From Escherichia phage EC100, in sequence record NC_105587.1: DNA of 64,000 nucleotides; one strand, 5' to 3'. Position 1 is the first letter of the stretch; each line of letters opens with the position of its first letter. Made by a program: the position numbers and the translations under genes. The notes beneath the pieces are model-generated. The model was given only the letters and a program-made list of their open reading frames with translations. It did not search any database and was not told where the DNA came from. Shown here piece by piece: positions 55,388 through 64,000 of the stretch.

Positions 55388-56020
55388 TTATTCTTTAACG
55401 TAGCCTAAAGCTATCGCAAGTTTTTCTAGTTCAGAAAGATTACGTTCTTGAGCTGGGACAGCTTTAGAACTTATTGCAGTAAAAGATTTACGCCATTCAG
55501 TATAATCATGACCATTCATGCTCTTAGCGAGATTGAACGTTGAGTCCTGATTACAAGGTACAGAAACTACCGAAACTTCGTATAGTTCTAAATCTTTAAT
55601 AATAAATATATCAGTAGCTTCATCCCACTCTGCATCTAGGCAGCGGAATCCGATACTAAAAGTTTTCAGTACACCGTTTTTAATTAGTGAAAAGATAGCC
55701 GGATCAGAACTTTCATAGATCTCGCATTCTATTTCGAGACCCATTTCAGTAGGATTAAGATCAATACACTTGCCGATTGGACGACGATGGTCGTGTCCGA
55801 AAAGAATAATCGGGTTTTTCATGTAGTTAGCAAGTGCATTAGATGTTTTCCATGCCGAGGCAGGAATTACATCACCAGCGCGATCTTTACTAATTGTATT
55901 AGCGAATCCACGGATTTTTACAACACCTTCTTTGGATTCGCTATCAATAGATTTAATATAAGCATCTAAATGAACCGGTGCTGATTTTAACTTGTTATAG
56001 TCAATAGCAGCTTGTGTCAT
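55388..56020 (-). CDS. prohead protease (HK97 S78-like)
   Basis: 210 aa, directly upstream of the capsid gene; prohead-protease-like composition with conserved His and Ser. Confidence 0.7.
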   Translation of the reverse strand: MTQAAIDYNKLKSAPVHLDAYIKSIDSESKEGVVKIRGFANTISKDRAGDVIPASAWKTSNALANYMKNPIILFGHDHRRPIGKCIDLNPTEMGLEIECEIYESSDPAIFSLIKNGVLKTFSIGFRCLDAEWDEATDIFIIKDLELYEVSVVSVPCNQDSTFNLAKSMNGHDYTEWRKSFTAISSKAVPAQERNLSELEKLAIALGYVKE

Positions 56021-56023
56021 TTA

Positions 56024-56509
56024 TTAGCCTCCAGGAACAGTAGGATTAACTGTTACAGCACATGCAGTAGAATCCTTACTTACTTGCTTACTATCTGTTA
56101 CAGTTACTTTATAAGAGCCGGCATCCTCAGCTGCTGCTGTAGGCTTAGTATAGGTAGCTCCTGAAGCATCCGGAATCGGAGAACCATCTTTAGTCCATGC
56201 ATAAGTATATGGACCAGTACCACCAGCTGCAGTAACAGAAAGTGTTAATGCTGCTCCCTCTTCAACGGACATGCTAGCAGTTAAATCTTTAGAAAGAGTT
56301 AATGGTGGAGCAGGAGGAACTGCTTTACCATAAGCCTCTACAAATTTCTTCCATACTTTACGGTTAGTATGCGCAGATGAAAGCCCTAGTTCTCTACGCA
56401 GAAAAGCATAGCTAGGAACATATTTATGCGCAGCAACCGTAGCAAAGAAGATATGAGATTCTGGCAGTTTTTCACCAAAAATGGTCTTTAGACCATTATA
56501 ATCAATCAT
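56024..56509 (-). CDS. capsid decoration protein with Ig-like domain (T5 pb10-like)
   Basis: 161 aa; C-terminal Ig-like segment LTLSVTAAGGTGPYTYAWTKDG...YKVTVTD. Confidence 0.5.
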   Translation of the reverse strand: MIDYNGLKTIFGEKLPESHIFFATVAAHKYVPSYAFLRRELGLSSAHTNRKVWKKFVEAYGKAVPPAPPLTLSKDLTASMSVEEGAALTLSVTAAGGTGPYTYAWTKDGSPIPDASGATYTKPTAAAEDAGSYKVTVTDSKQVSKDSTACAVTVNPTVPGG

Positions 56510-57723
56510 TCTTTATCTCCCTCGGTGGAACCCTGAGGTCTACCACCTTCTTGACCAGATACACCTGTTGCAGAACCAGCAACGTTAGCAGGAATACGAA
56601 TCCTATCCATCTGCTCATCATCTAAAGGTTCAAGGTTCAGCTCTAAACGAGCTTCGTTACCAGTCATAATACCATTATTAACCAATGAGGTTAAATGTTT
56701 AGCCTCAGCTTCTTTATCTGGTGTTAATGCAGCTACTTCCTTAGTATTAGGAGTAATCTTATAACCAAAAAAGAAAGTAAGAGAACTAGTCAGTTTGTTC
56801 AGCATAGGAATGATAGTCATATAATAGAACAATTCGATGTTTGGTCGAATATTCGCATTATTACCACCATCAAGCAGTACTTGCGGAACTCCAAAGGCTA
56901 GACAAATAGATTTATTAAATCCTTCGATGTCTTCCTTAAAGTCTAGATCTTTAAAAGAGGATATTTGGGAGTACGGTTTAGCTTTCATACCACCATCTAG
57001 AATCAGGACAGAGGACTGACCAGTACTAGGATTATAATCTAGTTGTAATTCTTCTTGTTTACGCTCACGCAATTTCTTGTTCAGGATTTCATCCGTCTCA
57101 AGAATAAGACCAATCACGGTTCCGTTATCGAGGAATTTCTCTTTAAAGTTAAGCATCTTAGAACGCTTCTCAAGAGAATCAATAACAGTAGCAACACGAG
57201 ATTGTCCAGAAATTTGAGAATTTGTGCCGCACACGTAACTGTTATCCTTTATAAAGATAATCTCATCTACGCGATAGTCTATCTGATTATTAAATATAAA
57301 TTTTTTGATAAACTTATTGGCATCTGCCTCTACTTGCATTAGTGCAGCAGGGACATGGTAAAGTGCTGTGCCATCCCAATAGATGTATGCACAACCTTCA
57401 AAAAGTAGGTCAGTGACTACAAGTCTACGGAATGTGCTTATATCCATGAATGGATTAGGTCGTACATTTAAGAGAGTGTCTAGAGTCTTTGTCTTGATGC
57501 CATTAGCATACGTGACAATATTATATTTATCTCCGACAGTATAAGAACACTCCGCCGCACTATCTATAACCATATTAGCAGTTCTATTGAGAATCTCAAT
57601 TTTACTGTAGGCTTGTCCAGTGGTAAAAGGCTTACGGTTAGTGCGATGACTAACTGGTTCCATGTCTCTTATAATACGTTGACCCGGATTTAGCTTTTCA
57701 GTAATCCAGCTTTTAAAACCCAT
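56506..57723 (-). CDS. portal protein
   Basis: 405 aa, position between terminase/HE genes and the protease; acidic C-terminal region. Confidence 0.75.
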   Translation of the reverse strand: MGFKSWITEKLNPGQRIIRDMEPVSHRTNRKPFTTGQAYSKIEILNRTANMVIDSAAECSYTVGDKYNIVTYANGIKTKTLDTLLNVRPNPFMDISTFRRLVVTDLLFEGCAYIYWDGTALYHVPAALMQVEADANKFIKKFIFNNQIDYRVDEIIFIKDNSYVCGTNSQISGQSRVATVIDSLEKRSKMLNFKEKFLDNGTVIGLILETDEILNKKLRERKQEELQLDYNPSTGQSSVLILDGGMKAKPYSQISSFKDLDFKEDIEGFNKSICLAFGVPQVLLDGGNNANIRPNIELFYYMTIIPMLNKLTSSLTFFFGYKITPNTKEVAALTPDKEAEAKHLTSLVNNGIMTGNEARLELNLEPLDDEQMDRIRIPANVAGSATGVSGQEGGRPQGSTEGDKE

Positions 57724-58175
57724 TATAAGAACCTTGCGAATCCTGATTTTGTTTCAGTCTTGACTTGTGTCTTTTCTTGAGGATTCTGTAATTTGTCTTT
57801 CTGCTTTTGAACCCACACTTTTTGCTTATTAGCAGAAAATAAAGGAGGTTCTTTTGTGTAAACCTTATGTAATAATTGGTGATGGTGCTGGCACAATGTT
57901 ACCACGTCCCTAACTAACTCATGCTCATATTTCTTGTAGAATGCTTCCCTATTTGAAAGGACGATATTCTCATCAGTGAAATCCAGCTGGAGTTCTTTAG
58001 CAAATTTTTTTATTAGCTGAGATATAGTATGATAATGATGAAGTTCTAGGTCTTCACTACTACCACATATAGCACAGCAACCATCCTTACTATACCTAGA
58101 TTTTATACCATCCCTCATTATGGAAATGGCATCACGTTTGTACTTAGTATTAGTGGCCATAATCCTCCAATCCAA
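57723..58175 (-). CDS. HNH homing endonuclease
   Basis: 150 aa; HNH motif CAICGSSEDLELHHY...N...LCQHHHQLLH. Confidence 0.65.
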   Translation of the reverse strand: MDWRIMATNTKYKRDAISIMRDGIKSRYSKDGCCAICGSSEDLELHHYHTISQLIKKFAKELQLDFTDENIVLSNREAFYKKYEHELVRDVVTLCQHHHQLLHKVYTKEPPLFSANKQKVWVQKQKDKLQNPQEKTQVKTETKSGFARFL

Positions 58176-58824
58176 AGCTACTTAGAAAGATTACTATATC
58201 CTCAGGAGCAACATTAAAAAATTCCGTGCTTCCTGTAAAATTAGAAAACCCACAGTTTTTATTATAATATTCTCTGTGAACTTCCTTTTCTAAATCTAAA
58301 GCAGTCTCTCTATCTGGCAGATGATACATGGTGAACAAGTATAGGTCAGAAAATCCAGATTCTCTTTTAACTTCATTCAACCGTTTCTCAGGGTATAAGC
58401 TTATGCCTACTTTAGTACCGCTAGAGGAGGACATGATATAAAGGAATCCACCATTCTCCCACTTAAGAGAACAATAAGGGCATCTCTTACCTTGAGTCAA
58501 TCCATCTAAGGTAATGAAACAGTCATGCCCATTATTGCAGCGTAGATGTAGTTTTGTTTTAGCATTAGTATAGCTGCTTAACAGAGTATACCCTATATTA
58601 GATATTCTGTTACTAACTTCATCTAACGATATTGTATTATTGGAGCAGTGTGGACAACCTCTCCCCATATGGAGTATAGAATGTGGTGTTGCTTCCCAAA
58701 CGTGTGCTCTCTGGCATTTAAATACTGTTTTTGTACGTTGGTTTACATATTCACCGACAATTTGGATTCCACGATCAGCTAATCTAATATTTATATCTTT
58801 TATTGTTAGCTTTTGTCGACCCAT
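58150..58824 (-). CDS. GIY-YIG-like (T5orf172-type) endonuclease with two zinc ribbons
   Basis: 224 aa; two C...H...GxGCPxC zinc-ribbon repeats, then GGFLYIM...KVGIS...RLNE module; AGGAG SD. Confidence 0.5.
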   Translation of the reverse strand: MGRQKLTIKDINIRLADRGIQIVGEYVNQRTKTVFKCQRAHVWEATPHSILHMGRGCPHCSNNTISLDEVSNRISNIGYTLLSSYTNAKTKLHLRCNNGHDCFITLDGLTQGKRCPYCSLKWENGGFLYIMSSSSGTKVGISLYPEKRLNEVKRESGFSDLYLFTMYHLPDRETALDLEKEVHREYYNKNCGFSNFTGSTEFFNVAPEDIVIFLSSFGLEDYGH

Positions 58825-58954
58825 AGAATCTCCTACACCTCATGTAGAGCATTAATTTTTCTTGTTTACGTTCTATTATGGGAGAAGTTCTCCCGATCAA
58901 TGAATATAGTATACATAATCGTATCGAATTTGTAAAGGGGATTTTAAAATGCAG

Positions 58955-58985
58955 GAATGGGATACCAACTGAGTAGTATCCCATC
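58955..58985 (-). terminator. putative terminator after the terminase large subunit
   Basis: ATGGGATAC / GTATCCCAT stem followed by a T-rich tract on the minus strand. Confidence 0.4.
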
Positions 58986-58995
58986 CTATATTTAT

Positions 58996-60312
58996 TTATT
59001 TACCACGGGAAATAGAGTAAATTCCATAGCGCAGCGCATCACAGAGGTGAGAGTTAGCATCATGACGTGGTTTTTCACGTGATAATTTTTCTTCACCTTC
59101 TTGGAAGTCCCATTTATAGTTCTGCAACGCATGGATTAATGAGGAACATGAAGCATCTACAATAATCTTGCCCTGCTGGAATAGCGCTTGCAAGCATGCT
59201 AGACCGTCTAGGACAGATTTTTTAGCTGGAGCTGATGCAATTTCATGTTCATAAGCTAAGTCCTGACGGAACTGAGCTGCGGCAGAGTCAACAAAAATAC
59301 GATCAACTTTATAACGATCTATACAGTGCTGAATATAAGCAGCATGCTGAGCTGTGGTCTTCTCCGCCTGCTGGTACTCTTCTAATACATAGTAAGTATC
59401 CGTATCGTAATGATACTTGATAGTAAGAACTGCTGTAGGATCACGATAACCAACGTCAATGCCAAGCAATGTTTCGAATGCTTCATCATCTTTAAAGAAG
59501 TGACGCATACCTTTGAGATCTTTAACATGGTCGATGGCATTAAAGGTATCGAAGATCTGACCTTCGAATACAGAGAAGTCAGCCTCGTATTCTTGTCGGA
59601 AGTAGTTTTTACTAACAGTACGACGTGCTTCTTCGATGTCATTAAGGTCAGCACGTGGGTTATCACGATATGTACCATGAATAGATACCCAGTTAGGTAA
59701 TGTATCATCAAATCCATAGGCGTAAAACTCTTTAAACCAGTTACCCCCACGAGGAGTAGAGATAAATAGAGCCTTAGAATTAGGCTTATCTAGAGTAGGA
59801 CGCAACTGAACTCTAAAGGCATCACCACCCACATCAGAAATTGCCGCCTCATCGAAGATGATAAAATCATATGAACGTCCAACTGCGGAGTCAGCCTGAG
59901 CGGCAGAAGCTAGTTTAAATAGAGAACCATTAGCTAACTCAATCTCTTTATCTTTAGCGTTCTCACGTTCGGTCTGTAGGCCATACTTCTTAATAAGACC
60001 ACGAATCTGAGACCATCCGATGTTGGCCAGTGAGTAGTTAGGAGCAACTACTAACACTTTCACATTAGGTTCCAACAATTTTAGGAATCCAAGTGTATAT
60101 GCTATAAAGGATTTGCCTACACGGCGTGACACACACGCCGTTACAAAACGATGTCTAGGGTCCTCTAAAGCATTAATGATTGCTATTTGAGGACCATTAG
60201 GTGTAATACCTTCTTGTGCTAGTATTCCTGAAACAGGTAAACGAAAGAAACGTTTATCTATCCCGAAATCAATAACATCTACTGTGTTAACGTAGGGTCT
60301 TGATACTTCCAT
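58996..60312 (-). CDS. terminase large subunit
   Basis: 438 aa; Walker A-like RRVGKS, Walker B-like DFIIFDEAA, C-terminal nuclease domain acidic residues. Confidence 0.85.
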   Translation of the reverse strand: MEVSRPYVNTVDVIDFGIDKRFFRLPVSGILAQEGITPNGPQIAIINALEDPRHRFVTACVSRRVGKSFIAYTLGFLKLLEPNVKVLVVAPNYSLANIGWSQIRGLIKKYGLQTERENAKDKEIELANGSLFKLASAAQADSAVGRSYDFIIFDEAAISDVGGDAFRVQLRPTLDKPNSKALFISTPRGGNWFKEFYAYGFDDTLPNWVSIHGTYRDNPRADLNDIEEARRTVSKNYFRQEYEADFSVFEGQIFDTFNAIDHVKDLKGMRHFFKDDEAFETLLGIDVGYRDPTAVLTIKYHYDTDTYYVLEEYQQAEKTTAQHAAYIQHCIDRYKVDRIFVDSAAAQFRQDLAYEHEIASAPAKKSVLDGLACLQALFQQGKIIVDASCSSLIHALQNYKWDFQEGEEKLSREKPRHDANSHLCDALRYGIYSISRGK

Positions 60313-60794
60313 TACTTCTTACCTCCAGTAGCTAGGGAAGTAATTAGGTCCATGTAGTTTTGATCCCCAGCTCCAGCAATAATATTATTCTGGATATTGG
60401 TCTGGTTAGCTGGAGTACGGGCTGCTGCCTTCACTTTCTCCAATTCTACCATCATTTTCATTTCTTCCATCTTCATCTTGTGTGCCTTCCAGAGAATGTC
60501 CATAATATCCTGGTCAGAACCCATGCCAGTTTCTTCTAGCTCTTCTAGCTTACGCTTAATAACTTCATCTAGAACACCAAATAAACGATCTCTATTACGG
60601 AATCCACTCTCCATAAAAATATCATTTAAGTAGTTTTTAACTTCGCTACGATTCATAATATCTCGGAAAGCAATTTCAGACATTCCAAGACTACGTGCGG
60701 CAGAAGGCACATCACTCCCGCACTGTAAATAAGCTTCAATTACATCCATCCCTTCAGGGGACATAAGATCTGGTACTAATACATCATTTGCCAT
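60312..60794 (-). CDS. putative terminase small subunit
   Basis: 160 aa, immediately upstream and overlapping the large subunit; HTH-like [12 protein letters not shown]. Confidence 0.5.
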
Positions 60795-60804
60795 ATTTCC
60801 TCCT

Positions 60805-62727
60805 TTAGGTAAGGCGTTGAATTATAAGTTTAATATTTGGTAAGCATGCTTTCATGCCAATTATATTGCTCATAGAGGATTCTAACCAAATAGAGATATT
60901 ATTATTTCCATCATTTCTCATATAGTATGTTAGAGTATAGTAACCCGTTTGACCTACGGATCCTGGCAACCCAGATACCCAGTACGGAGTTGGAGTATAC
61001 CCAGCAGCCTGTAATTTACAAGCATTTACTACAGTACCTTTAATAGTAAAAAATGGTACATATTCTCCTGCAGGTAGGGACAATATTTGGTGAAGTTTTT
61101 TATCGATAGTATTGCCACCCATTCTAAACCTACTATCGCCATATTCAGCGCCTTTAGATAGCATTTCCGTAGGATTAAAGCAGCCAATACCTCCTGCAGA
61201 CAACCATGTGTCATCCAGGAACTCCATAGTACATACAATTGCGCCATTTCTACTACTATTAAGATCTAGTCCCACGGTGCCAACATGCACGGAACCATTA
61301 CCCTGAAATACTATGTTACCAGATAGTACAGTACTTCCGCTACCACCTAGAAGTCTTAAAGGTAAAAGATTCTCACTCCAAACATCTCCATAATTGCTGC
61401 CTATTTTTGGAGGATTACTAGAAACATACCAAGATGCTGAAGGTAAAAAGTTATAAATACTAACTACATTAGTATTTAAACCACCAACGTTACCGCCTTT
61501 AATACTTGGTGCGTTATTGCTTTCCGTAGTGGGCAGCCCAAATGTTGCTATGCCAGAGATCCCAGTAGAGGGGGCACCCATACTCAAGTTACACCCAACA
61601 TCACGAAAATCAGCCCTGTTACCGACATTGAAGTTTTTCTCTATAAAGTTGATAAACTTCCAAGATGTATTATTAACGTTAATCCCTTTAATAATAAATT
61701 CAGTGGGGCTTAATTTTATATCATTACCTGTGAATAATCCAGCATCAATACTATAACCTGAACCATTATACACTAAGTTAGTAACATACCAGGTAATTTT
61801 AGATGGATAAATACCGAGGTGCTCACTATATATACCTATGGGCCCATTAGCAGCATCATTCGGATCACCCATACTTTCCCAATACGCATAGTTAGTGGGA
61901 TCAGCACGTGCGAAACCTACAGAGTACTTAGGGGCCGAGGGATTGCTAGGATTAGACATAAAGTTAAGAGCCCCAGAACTAGAAGCACCGTGCACGGCTC
62001 CAGCAGTAGTATAGTTAGGCCCCTCCATACCGTAAAGAACTCTATTACAAGACCTTCCACGAACATATATGGCATTAAATCCAAAGTTTCTAGCTCCGGG
62101 ATGCCTAACGTAGTCGCTAGGGATAGTTAGAGTTCCTGAATCCGGCACTACATATCCTGAACCATCCCAGGCAGACTTATAAAGAGCGGCACCCCCTAAG
62201 TACATTGCACTAGATGCAAACCCTCTACGTCCACTAAAGGCTCCAAATATATGCTGACATCCAGTACCATCTCTTAACTTTTGTGGTATAGTGCCACTAG
62301 TACCTGTATTAAAATAGCCTACATCAAGTGAAAGATCGGCACTAGCTGTTATTTGTGTTTTTAACCCACCCTGAGACATAACCTGAGGATTTATAATACC
62401 ATAGGCTTTTGCACCTACCCCCATAGACATGCCAGATAACATATGTCTAGAGCCATCAGAAAACTCAATTTCTGTTAATACAACCCTATTAGGGTCATTA
62501 TTATGTAGCTGTGTAATTCTACTAGGCATTTCAGACCAGTAATAGTCACCAGCGCCCTGATCCAATCTTAATCCAGTAGAATGAGTTTCCGTTATAATTA
62601 CGTGCGGCATATCTGAATGAAAGATGGTTTGGGAATCAGGGTTGATATGTTGGTTAGTATCTCCACCACTACCCCTTCGCAGTGAGAGTATAGATTTGTT
62701 ATTTAGCTTACCAGCGAAAAAACTCAT
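60805..62727 (-). CDS. oad: receptor-binding tail protein (T5 pb5/oad-like)
   Basis: 640 aa; Gly/Ser/Asn-rich beta-type composition; divergent from an Llp-like lipoprotein gene. Confidence 0.6.
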
Positions 62728-62746
62728 AAGTTCTCCAAAAATTTAG

Positions 62747-62775
62747 TTGCTTATACTGCCATAATTCTGTATAAT
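62747..62775 (+). promoter_or_regulatory. cassette promoter, TTGCTT-17-TATAAT, for llp
   Basis: -35 62747-62752, -10 62770-62775, GAGGAG SD before ATG 62807. Confidence 0.6.
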
Positions 62776-62806
62776 AGTATTATAAATTAAATAGAGGAGA
62801 ATGTAA

Positions 62807-63040
62807 ATGAAAAAATTATTTTTAGCTCTGGCAGTGGTACTTCTTTCGGCTTGCTCTACTTTTGGGCCTAAGGATATTAAATGTGAGGCCTACTATATAC
62901 AGGATCATGTGAAATATAAGGCTAATGTTTTTGATAGAAAAGGGGATATGTTTTTGGTGTCACCAATTATGGCCTATGGGTCTTTCTGGGCCCCGGTAAG
63001 CTACTTTACCGAAGGAAATACATGCGAGGGAGTTTTCTAA
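62807..63040 (+). CDS. llp: Llp-like lytic-conversion lipoprotein (superinfection exclusion)
   Basis: 77 aa; signal peptide with lipobox LLSAC; small Cys-containing mature domain; adjacent and divergent to the receptor-binding gene. Confidence 0.7.
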   Translation: MKKLFLALAVVLLSACSTFGPKDIKCEAYYIQDHVKYKANVFDRKGDMFLVSPIMAYGSFWAPVSYFTEGNTCEGVF

Positions 63041-63194
63041 GTAAAAACCACCCCAGTAACCATCACCACTTAAGATGAATCTAGTGCAGAATTAGTTCAG
63101 GATGCCACACAAGACACTATGGAGGGTGTGATGGGAATATTTACACTAATCGCTGCAATTGCTAGAATATTTTAAATACCACACTTATAGGAGC

Positions 63195-63332
63195 ATGAAA
63201 GATATGTCAAACAAAAGAAAGAGCAGACGTGGAGAAGTGTACGATAGCTGGATTAATAGCTTTGGGTTCGGAACTATCCTATTCTTTATTTTCGTAGGTT
63301 TTTGGTTAGCAGCTATGGCGGGGTGGATTTAA
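63195..63332 (+). CDS. small membrane protein (45 aa)
   Basis: Hand-found ORF with AGGAG SD; basic N-terminus then one hydrophobic helix (TILFFIFVGFWLAAMAGW). Confidence 0.3.
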   Translation: MKDMSNKRKSRRGEVYDSWINSFGFGTILFFIFVGFWLAAMAGWI

Positions 63333-63439
63333 TGGAATGGGTAATTATTGCACTACTAGGGATTGTGATTATTGGGCAATGTATTTTAGATAATCACTTA
63401 GCTAGAGTTGAAACTTTATTAACGGAGAAACGTAAATGA
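63332..63439 (+). CDS. small membrane protein (35 aa)
   Basis: ATG overlaps the upstream stop (TAATG); hydrophobic helix EWVIIALLGIVIIG. Confidence 0.3.
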   Translation: MEWVIIALLGIVIIGQCILDNHLARVETLLTEKRK

Positions 63440-63630
63440 TGGAGGTAGCAATTACACTAATAGTAATACTAGTTTGGGTAATCTTTATTGCCTCTCGTAT
63501 TGTGTACGTTCGCCTAAAAACTCTAGAAGCCCAGGTAAAACAACAACAAGTTGCTCTAGAAAAGCTAGTATTACTCCAACGTTGTGATAGCACCCGTATT
63601 CTGCAAATTGAGAGGGAATTAGATGTTTAG
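63436..63630 (+). CDS. small membrane protein (64 aa)
   Basis: ATGA overlap with the upstream ORF; N-terminal TM helix then coiled-coil tail. Confidence 0.35.
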   Translation: MMEVAITLIVILVWVIFIASRIVYVRLKTLEAQVKQQQVALEKLVLLQRCDSTRILQIERELDV

Positions 63631-63868
63631 TATTATAGTTGCTTTTATTATCGGAGTAATCGCGGGAGTTTTCGGAATGACTGCGGCTATTAACAAGCAT
63701 CGTAAGTATACTGCGGAAGTATCGCGGGAGATTGCGGAAAGAGAGCGGAAGTTTGACGAGAAACGTGCGGAGTTTGAGCGGGAGTGGTCGGATGGATCTC
63801 GGGCGTCGCGGAAGAGATTTCGTGAGTTTAGACCAGAGCACAGGTTTGATGACCCTTCTATGCGCTAA
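63623..63868 (+). CDS. small membrane protein (81 aa)
   Basis: Overlaps the upstream ORF; N-terminal TM helix then charged Arg/Glu-rich tail. Confidence 0.35.
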   Translation: MFSIIVAFIIGVIAGVFGMTAAINKHRKYTAEVSREIAERERKFDEKRAEFEREWSDGSRASRKRFREFRPEHRFDDPSMR

Positions 63869-64000
63869 TTTGGAAATCTCGAAATTTCATAAGATTACAC
63901 ATGGAGGTGTGTCCAGTGGCCCTCCAGATGAGAATGAGTCTCATTACCGCCTGGTACTTAGCAGGCTAATAGTCACGGCATGTTATCATTACACACCGTG

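Larger units (their letters stand above)
57723..58995 (-). mobile_element. pair of free-standing homing-endonuclease genes between terminase and portal
   Basis: Two nuclease ORFs of different families, flanked by hairpins, interrupting the usual terminase-portal adjacency. Confidence 0.5.

Noticed and set aside
1-64000. Integrase, attachment sites or other prophage/transposon boundaries
   Set aside because: No recombinase or transposase ORFs and no flanking bacterial genes; gene content and order fit a virulent T5-like phage, so only the homing-endonuclease insertion was called as mobile.

Overview
This window reads as a contiguous segment of a T5-like (Tequintavirus-type) siphophage genome, AT-rich and densely coded, identified from protein motifs and gene order alone (no database search was possible). 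It has three blocks. (1) Bases 1-8060, minus strand: an early nucleotide-metabolism cluster (NADAR-domain protein, RNase H, thymidylate synthase, DHFR, NrdB, NrdA, PhoH). (2) Bases 8270-34700, plus strand: the early replication/repair module (NrdD, Sir2-like protein, HAD-like phosphatase, a helicase interrupted by an in-frame TGA, split NAD-ligase, DnaB-like helicase, primase, family-A DNA polymerase, DEAH helicase, SbcCD-like nuclease, Hjc-like nuclease, flap endonuclease, dUTPase), with genes preceded by copies of a conserved promoter-leader cassette. (3) Bases 34748-62727, minus strand: the late structural module (two-part L-shaped tail fibre, collar, baseplate hub, tape measure, tail tube, capsid, protease, portal, two homing-endonuclease genes, terminase, pb5-like receptor-binding protein), followed on the plus strand by an Llp-like lipoprotein and four overlapping small membrane ORFs. 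No single obviously novel multi-gene system stands out. The most unusual items are the opal-interrupted helicase, the ORF-free 600-bp region upstream of it, the small-membrane-protein operon after llp, the NADAR and Sir2-like accessory genes, a tandem paralog pair, a four-repeat HTH protein, and a recurrent hairpin-linker element in front of late genes. Product assignments for tail and head accessory proteins rest on size and position and are tentative.
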